Assembly: GCA_030650605.1 (NCBI GenBank)
Contig: JAUSDP010000020.1
Span: 83,282 to 147,281 of the forward strand
DNA length: 64,000 bases
Origin: a bacterium
GTDB taxonomy: Bacteria; Patescibacteriota; Minisyncoccia; Phycocordibacterales; Zambryskibacteraceae
Direction of reading: 5' to 3'
The position numbers and the translations under genes are program-made. Positions 58,412 to 64,000 of this stretch are shown here, in pieces. The first letter of the stretch is position 1; each line of letters begins with the position of its first letter. Below the pieces are notes generated by a model. The model saw nothing but the letters and a program-made list of their open reading frames with translations. It was not told where the DNA came from and searched no databases.

Positions 58412-59275
58412 ATGACTCATCAGCCACAGGAAAAGCAAATTGGATGGCGTGAATTTGAACGAAGTAACGATGATGTAGTTAAGGCGGAAAATTTTAAGAT
58501 CAGTATTGAAAAAATCTTTGTGCGTTTGGGTTTCAATAAACGTGATCTTGCTAAACCTGAAACTGTAGAGAAAATCAATCGCATTAAGGAGTCGTACAAA
58601 GCCGGACGTTACGTGCGGCCAATTGAAGTGGCACTTGATCGCAATGACGGTGTTTCTATTGTTGATGGAGAATGCCGCTTTACGGCGTTGAAGTTGGCTA
58701 ACACTGAGCTGATCGCGGAAGGGAAAGCACCGATTGAAATGATGCTATGCATTCCATTTAAAGGGAATGACGTTGATCAGCTTATCCACATGGTAGTTGC
58801 TGAAGTGGTTAAGAAGCTTCTGAACCAACACTGGAGTGTTGAGAAGATCTGTAGTGGTCTAGGTTATAGTCGGCCTTGGGTGGAAAAGCTTGATTTCTTG
58901 TCTAATGTGCCGGAAGCGGTAAAGCGCATGATTCGCGCAGATCAAATTTCTGTGGATGTGGCCGTGTCCAAAGTGAAGCAACTTGGTGGCGAAAAGGCAA
59001 TCGCTGCACTACAGACGCTAATTGATACGGTGTCCAATAAATCTGACGGCACAAAGATGAAGATTACGGCAAAGTCGACTGATGCGATGCCAAAGATTGG
59101 CAAAAAAATTGCTGCTAAAATACATGCTGTTGTAAAAACATTACCTGTTTTCGAAACTCCTGCTGACGAGTTTCAAGATGATGCTGAATATTCATTAAAA
59201 CTTTCAGGTGCGGCCATCAAGGCTCTTATGGAAATGCAATCGCAATTGCAACCAAAAAAGATTGACACAAATTAA
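58412..59275 (+). CDS. ParB/Srx-domain (KorB-like) DNA-binding protein
   Basis: ParB N-domain motif IVDGECRFTALKLA. Confidence 0.45.
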   Translation: MTHQPQEKQIGWREFERSNDDVVKAENFKISIEKIFVRLGFNKRDLAKPETVEKINRIKESYKAGRYVRPIEVALDRNDGVSIVDGECRFTALKLANTELIAEGKAPIEMMLCIPFKGNDVDQLIHMVVAEVVKKLLNQHWSVEKICSGLGYSRPWVEKLDFLSNVPEAVKRMIRADQISVDVAVSKVKQLGGEKAIAALQTLIDTVSNKSDGTKMKITAKSTDAMPKIGKKIAAKIHAVVKTLPVFETPADEFQDDAEYSLKLSGAAIKALMEMQSQLQPKKIDTN

Positions 59276-59597
59276 GTTGTTCTCATACCCCCCCCACCCG
59301 CTTCCATCGTATCGGACGGAAGCGGGTGCTAACAGTGAGCTTCTTGAACAGACTGGCTTCATTCTAGTTACTATAGTGGCGCGTACATATCTACTATTGC
59401 TGTTCAATAACCTGTTCCACATAGCCGCCACGGTGATATTTACTGGAAATCATGTCATTTTATTAGTTTTTGAGCGATATCACTTAATGTGTTAAATAAT
59501 TGTTTACTTGAAGGTATACGATTATTAATATATTCTTGCGAAAACGTATTTATTTACAATTTCGTTTTAATACATAAAACAGTATAAGGGGTATTTC

Positions 59598-60833
59598 ATG
59601 TCGGAAGATATTATTGATTTGTCAATTGGTGCTTCAGTCAAAAAAATCAAGGCAATTCCCAAGACTTTGGCCGACATCAGCCAGATTGCAAAATGGTCTA
59701 TAGCCTACTTTTCTAGTGTTAGAGAGCAAATGCTGGCTCCTAATCCGGTAAAAGTCGCGCCCACACTAACTTTATCTCAAATTGCAAAATTGTGTGAAAT
59801 TGACAAAATAAAAGCAAATAATACAATCAATAAAAACACGTTAAATCTTCCATCTGGCAGCGACGCTGGCGGCAGCAATATAAGAAGATTTACGTTGGCT
59901 GAGTCGGCGGAGTGGTACGAGGCATTCATGCCGCACCGTGCGAGGCCAAAAGGATTGCTGGCAAAGCTGATTTGCATAGGGAATTTCAAGGGTGGAGTAA
60001 CAAAAACGACAACTACACTAACGCTAGCACAAGGGCTAGCATTAAGAGGTAGGAAGGTTTTGGTTGTGGATCTTGACCCACAGGGATCGCTATCAACTTT
60101 GATGGGCATGTCAATTAATCCACCAGTGCCACAAGAGGCGACTATCATGCCATTTATTTATGGCGATGAAGAGGATCTATCTTATGCACCGCAGCCATCG
60201 TATTGGCATGGAATTGATTTGATACCCGCATGCGGTTTAGTTGCTCATACGGAATTTGAAATTCCTTCACAGTTAGCGCACGATCAAACATTTGAATTTT
60301 GGAATGTTCTTAATAAGGGGATTGCACCATTGCGTGATAAGTATGATGTCATTCTTCTTGATACCCCACCTGCCCTTTCCTTTTTAACGATCAATGCGCT
60401 CATGGCCTCGGATGCCATAGTCATTCCAGTTCCGCCAAACGGCCTTGATTACGCAAGTTCTGTGCAATTTTTGTCTTTATTTGCCGACTTCAATAAGTCA
60501 TTCTTGAAAAATGTACCGAGCCTAAAAGATAAGAAATATGACTTCGTAAATGTGTTGTTGACGAAGGTAGAAAATCAAAAACAAGCGACGACTGTCGTAA
60601 GGGATTGGATTATTGGAACCTACAAAGATTTGGTTCTTCCAGCAGAAATTTCTCTTTCAAGCGGCGCATCGACATCTGCAGCTCAATTTAAGACTGCATA
60701 CGACTTTTCAACGTACAGCGGCGTGAATAAAGTTTATCAGCGCACAAGGGATGAGTGTGAGCAGTTTGCCAGCATCATTGACGATCAATTGCTTGACGCT
60801 TGGCTAAATGATGGAGCAAAAGATGGCGACTAA
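59598..60833 (+). CDS. parA: ParA/SopA-type partition ATPase (type Ia, with an N-terminal extension)
   Basis: Deviant Walker A KLICIGNFKGGVTKTTTT; VVDLDPQGS; 411 aa. Confidence 0.8.
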   Translation: MSEDIIDLSIGASVKKIKAIPKTLADISQIAKWSIAYFSSVREQMLAPNPVKVAPTLTLSQIAKLCEIDKIKANNTINKNTLNLPSGSDAGGSNIRRFTLAESAEWYEAFMPHRARPKGLLAKLICIGNFKGGVTKTTTTLTLAQGLALRGRKVLVVDLDPQGSLSTLMGMSINPPVPQEATIMPFIYGDEEDLSYAPQPSYWHGIDLIPACGLVAHTEFEIPSQLAHDQTFEFWNVLNKGIAPLRDKYDVILLDTPPALSFLTINALMASDAIVIPVPPNGLDYASSVQFLSLFADFNKSFLKNVPSLKDKKYDFVNVLLTKVENQKQATTVVRDWIIGTYKDLVLPAEISLSSGASTSAAQFKTAYDFSTYSGVNKVYQRTRDECEQFASIIDDQLLDAWLNDGAKDGD

Positions 60834-61794
60834 TCCAAATTTAAAAGAACGCGGAAAAATTGATATAAGCAATATCATTCTTCCAGAAGATACGCCTGAA
60901 ACTGACTTGCCTCGCACTGTTCCTGGCATGGCAGCAATGCGAATGGCGCAAGGACAAGACGTAAAAAAAGAATTGGAGCGACTAAAAGGGGAGCGGGGCG
61001 TTAATCTTGTGCGGCTAGAGCAATTACATGAAGTTAGCGGACGCAAGCGCAGCTTATCGACGGATGAGTATGATTCGCTCCGTGAAAATTTGCGTAACAA
61101 CCCGCTAATTACACCAATCACGGTCAGTAAAAGAGCCGATGGCGATTGGGATATCATTTCGGGAAATAACCGTGTAGATATTTACCGAGAGTTAGGAAGA
61201 AAAGAAATCGCCGTCTACGAGGTGGAAGTCAAAGAGGGTGAGGGGGATGTTAAAGCCTTCTATGCCAACTTATTGCATCCAAGCTTGCCGGATTTTGAGA
61301 AGTACATGCGCTTTAAAAATCGCATGAAAGAGGCGGGCATGACGCCCAGGCAGATGGCGGCGGATTCTGGAATTAAAGAATCTACTATTAATGCACTGAT
61401 GACATTTGAACGATTACCGGAAGGCGCAATTAATATTCTCAAGAATGACCCTTGGTGCGTAGGAGTTAATGCGGTTGAAGACTTTGCAAAAATCACGGAA
61501 AAGGGCAGGGGTGCACAAGTTATTGATGCCATTGCTCTTTTATCTTCAGATAAGAAACTTACTCAAAGCAATGCGATTAAATTAGCCGCCAGTGATAGCG
61601 TTCCCGCCAAGAGTGCCAAGCCGGCACCTATTATTAACACTTTTAAAATAGGTCGTCTTAAATTTGCACAGGTTCGAGGCATCGAGAACGACATTAGAAT
61701 TTCTTGCGGCAATGAAGAAGATCGGGCGGAGTTGCAGAAAAAAATCGAGGTTTTGATTGAATCGCATATCGCCGGGAAAAAAACCTCACAGTAA
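60823..61794 (+). CDS. parB: ParB-family partition protein
   Basis: ParB N-domain (ISGNNRVDIYRELG) and HTH; GGAG Shine-Dalgarno before ATG at 60823; overlaps the parA stop. Confidence 0.6.
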   Translation: MATNPNLKERGKIDISNIILPEDTPETDLPRTVPGMAAMRMAQGQDVKKELERLKGERGVNLVRLEQLHEVSGRKRSLSTDEYDSLRENLRNNPLITPITVSKRADGDWDIISGNNRVDIYRELGRKEIAVYEVEVKEGEGDVKAFYANLLHPSLPDFEKYMRFKNRMKEAGMTPRQMAADSGIKESTINALMTFERLPEGAINILKNDPWCVGVNAVEDFAKITEKGRGAQVIDAIALLSSDKKLTQSNAIKLAASDSVPAKSAKPAPIINTFKIGRLKFAQVRGIENDIRISCGNEEDRAELQKKIEVLIESHIAGKKTSQ

Positions 61795-61868
61795 AACTTT
61801 ACTATTTAAAATCAATGACTTACAAAAAAACAAGAGAAAAATATGAATAAATAACTGATCCAGATAAA

Positions 61869-61901
61869 GAAAAAGCCCCACTTTGAAGAGTAGGGCTTTT
61901 T
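61869..61901 (+). terminator. rho-independent terminator after parAB
   Basis: AAAGCCCCACTttgaagAGTAGGGCTTTTT, a stem with one mismatch followed by a T-run. Confidence 0.5.
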
Positions 61902-62024
61902 GATTATGTAGCCAAGTATGTGCTTTGACTAGAATTAAGATAGTGCCTGAGAAACTTCATCTTAATTCCCAAAGTGCAAACCGTCAATCACTTTTTTGCA
62001 AATTCATGCAAATAGGAGAGGTAT

Positions 62025-63281
62025 ATGCACGTCCAAACATTAAGTAAAACACCAACACCAGGAAAGTCCCGTAATTTACCAAATCGCATCCTCCGCGCCT
62101 TCGATAATGCTAAGCACATCATTGGCTTGCCGCGTGGCGTAAAGGATACCCTTGCCGAGTTATGCCGCTTCGTCAAACAGAATGACCCCTTTGTCACTAT
62201 CTTTGCCACTAAGAAGACCATAGGGGAGCGCATAGGCGCACATGAGCGTACGGTGCATAGGCACATAGCTTACTTAATCGAAAGAGGCTTAATTGAGGTA
62301 TTGGAGCAAGAACGAAAAAGTCATAATGGGAAGTTTGCAATCTCACGAATTAAACTAACCAGAACCGCAGCTGAATTGCTCGGTTTAATTCAACCTATAG
62401 CTCCCATAGAAAGCATCTTGCCGTATGACAAAATAGCACCCGGCCATACGTTAACAGAACCAACTATCTCAATTAATCAACCTCCCACCAGTATCAACGG
62501 ACTACCGGCAGATCTGAGCCATTTAACAGGACTAGGATTGCACAGGGAGGGCATTTTTAAATTAATGGGAATGGCAACGGCAAAACAACAACGACTCTCA
62601 GACATAGTCACCGTAGAACAACACAAGCTACAAAACATGCGAGGAGGGGGCTTATTTGGCTATCTGAGTAAGCTCATCAACGGTAAAAAGGATTACGCTT
62701 ATGCCGCCAGGCTCCTACGCGAAAGTACGGCAAAAAAGGAACTAGAAGCCGCAACAGAAAAACAACTTCGCCATGTCCGTGAATCCTTAAAATCCAAGAC
62801 CTTCACCAATGCGGGACAAAACGTGATTTACATCATTGATCGTAAAGCGGAATTCGCCCAGATAACATCGGCACAACGAAGTGCAACTGCACCGATCCGC
62901 GACCTTCATGAATGGAAAAATAAGCTTGAGGCTGGAGAATTGATGATCGCGACGCCAGAACTAGAAGCCATCGTCATGAAAAACATAGACCGCATCAAAG
63001 CGTATAACCGCGAGCAAAGACGCAAGCAGGCGTTTGAACGCTTCCACGGAAGAAAGATGACAAACGCTGACAATCTGCCGAGTGAAGCTGCAAAGAATGT
63101 GATGTCGCCACTAGAGTTCAAGCAGGCCGTCAAATCTAAGTCAGAACAACAAGTCAATGATGCAATTGAAAAATTACCGAAGGGAAGGGCCTGGAACGTG
63201 AGTGCCATGCTTGCCTTGCTCAAAAATAAGGCGCCTCAGCCACAACCAACACCGGAGCCATTTTTAGAACAAAGTGCCTGA
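62025..63281 (+). CDS. winged-helix protein, putative second replication initiator (RepC/RepA-like) downstream of parAB
   Basis: HTH segment TIGERIGAHERTVHRHIAYLIERGLIEV; parA-parB-rep order; a DnaA-box palindrome and an AT-rich region follow immediately. Confidence 0.4.
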   Translation: MHVQTLSKTPTPGKSRNLPNRILRAFDNAKHIIGLPRGVKDTLAELCRFVKQNDPFVTIFATKKTIGERIGAHERTVHRHIAYLIERGLIEVLEQERKSHNGKFAISRIKLTRTAAELLGLIQPIAPIESILPYDKIAPGHTLTEPTISINQPPTSINGLPADLSHLTGLGLHREGIFKLMGMATAKQQRLSDIVTVEQHKLQNMRGGGLFGYLSKLINGKKDYAYAARLLRESTAKKELEAATEKQLRHVRESLKSKTFTNAGQNVIYIIDRKAEFAQITSAQRSATAPIRDLHEWKNKLEAGELMIATPELEAIVMKNIDRIKAYNREQRRKQAFERFHGRKMTNADNLPSEAAKNVMSPLEFKQAVKSKSEQQVNDAIEKLPKGRAWNVSAMLALLKNKAPQPQPTPEPFLEQSA

Positions 63282-63308
63282 GTTATCCCCGTAGTTTGTG
63301 GATAACTC
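63280..63308. promoter_or_regulatory. DnaA-box palindrome GAGTTATCC-N11-GGATAACTC containing a perfect consensus box TGTGGATAA (63297-63305)
   Basis: Read directly; overlaps the rep stop codon. Confidence 0.6.
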
Positions 63309-63568
63309 AGTGCAGTTACTTAGCTTATAAAATTCGGAGCTAAATGGGAATTCGGCCCGAAATCAATTAAGAAACCTAATTTTATAAGTGTTTGATTTTT
63401 AATGCGATTTCGAAAATATCTAGTCGATGTTCTTATTTAAGTCCAACAAATAATTCTCATTTAGCTCCGATTTTTACCCTCGATATTCACAATTGTGAAA
63501 ATAAGTTAAAATATTCATTTTTCGTATGAATGCTAAAATACGAAAATAAATATTTTATAGAGTGTCCC

Positions 63569-64000
63569 ATGCCTAACTTTGATAACTTTTCCGAAATCAA
63601 TTTTCCGCCGAAAACTTCTGGTGTAGATCCTGACTGGGCACGACAAATGGAGGGCCTGCGTTCAATAACCACTGCAATAAATTCAGCATATCCAGATCAA
63701 ACATCGACTTTTTCAGTTACGAGTGAAAATTACGCGATTGAAGTATGTGCAGACACAGGAACCATCATTAAATCCACATGTTGGTCGATTGACGCAACAC
63801 AATTTGTAGCAAAAATTGATCGATTTGACGTAGATGAAGCAAAAGAATGGGTAAAGCAATATTGTGATGCCGATACTATTCTTGGGCACCAGTTTGAAAT
63901 TAATACCATTGGATTCTGGAATCAGCAAAACGAATACATCGCTGCAGAAGAAGAATATCGACAAGGTGTTGAAAATAGCCATCATGAAAACATCGCCATT
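63569..64000 (+). CDS. hypothetical protein, 3'-truncated by the window end
   Basis: ATG at 63569 with an open frame to the end of the window (144 codons). Confidence 0.3.
   Translation, partial: MPNFDNFSEINFPPKTSGVDPDWARQMEGLRSITTAINSAYPDQTSTFSVTSENYAIEVCADTGTIIKSTCWSIDATQFVAKIDRFDVDEAKEWVKQYCDADTILGHQFEINTIGFWNQQNEYIAAEEEYRQGVENSHHENIAI

Noticed and set aside
59280-59345. GC-rich 11-bp stem hairpin CACCCGCTTCC...GGAAGCGGGTG after the ParB-like gene, considered as a terminator or parS
   Set aside because: No U-tract on either strand, so it is not a convincing intrinsic terminator; a single copy is not enough to call a centromere
59777-60148. 123-aa antisense ORF in parA (also 60804-61157 in parB)
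   Set aside because: Inside strongly supported partition genes
1-64000. Search for CRISPR arrays, tRNA/rRNA, reverse transcriptase (retron or group II intron) and IS transposases
   Set aside because: No regularly spaced short repeats with unique spacers, no cloverleaf-like conserved tRNA motifs, no YxDD reverse-transcriptase or DDE transposase motifs were seen in any frame

Overview
This 64-kb window looks like the backbone of a large, low-GC (about 40-45%) conjugative plasmid carrying an IncI/R64-like, Dot/Icm-related type IVB (MPF_I) transfer system. I have no database hit; the call rests on synteny and motifs only. The transfer system is split into three loci with R64-like gene order.

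- Locus 1 (1-4556, minus strand) holds the traM-N-O-P-like genes, homologous to DotI/H/G/F.
- Locus 2 (16386-30846, plus strand) holds traH-I-J-K-like genes (DotD/C/B/IcmT) followed by an R64-type thin-pilus (type IVb) block (pilN secretin, pilO, pilP, pilQ ATPase, pilR platform, pilS prepilin, a PilT-family ATPase, a pilV-like adhesin) and a Cys-rich repeat protein.
- Locus 3 (45424-51553, plus strand) holds trbA-B-C-like genes (DotM, a DsbC-like protein, and the DotL coupling ATPase), followed by a TAT-exported DUF882/M15-like peptidase and several unknown, possibly effector-like, genes.

Maintenance functions are unusually redundant. There is an iteron origin (8 x 22 bp) with a rep gene and a DnaC-like loader. 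There is a parM/parR-like type II partition pair. There is a parA-parB-rep module ending in a perfect DnaA-box palindrome and an AT-rich putative origin. There is an extra ParB-like gene, and a tyrosine recombinase flanked by related palindromes that is probably a multimer-resolution system.

A compositionally distinct, higher-GC accessory block (33784-45368) encodes an Ig-repeat lipoprotein, an orphan C5-cytosine methyltransferase with five repeated TRD-like modules, a beta-class amino-methyltransferase, a GHKL-ATPase fused to an HExxH (WLM/SprT-like) motif, and a split-Walker P-loop ATPase. This block is the best candidate for an undescribed anti-restriction or defence-type system.

Other cargo includes a PAPS-reductase-like PP-loop protein, an SF1 UvrD-like helicase, a CAP-domain lipoprotein, DsbC, a stand-alone fourth PilT/DotB-family ATPase with a PhnD-like binding protein and a histidine phosphatase, and an integrase pseudogene carrying an in-frame amber codon. 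No rRNA, tRNA, CRISPR array or intact IS element was recognised.
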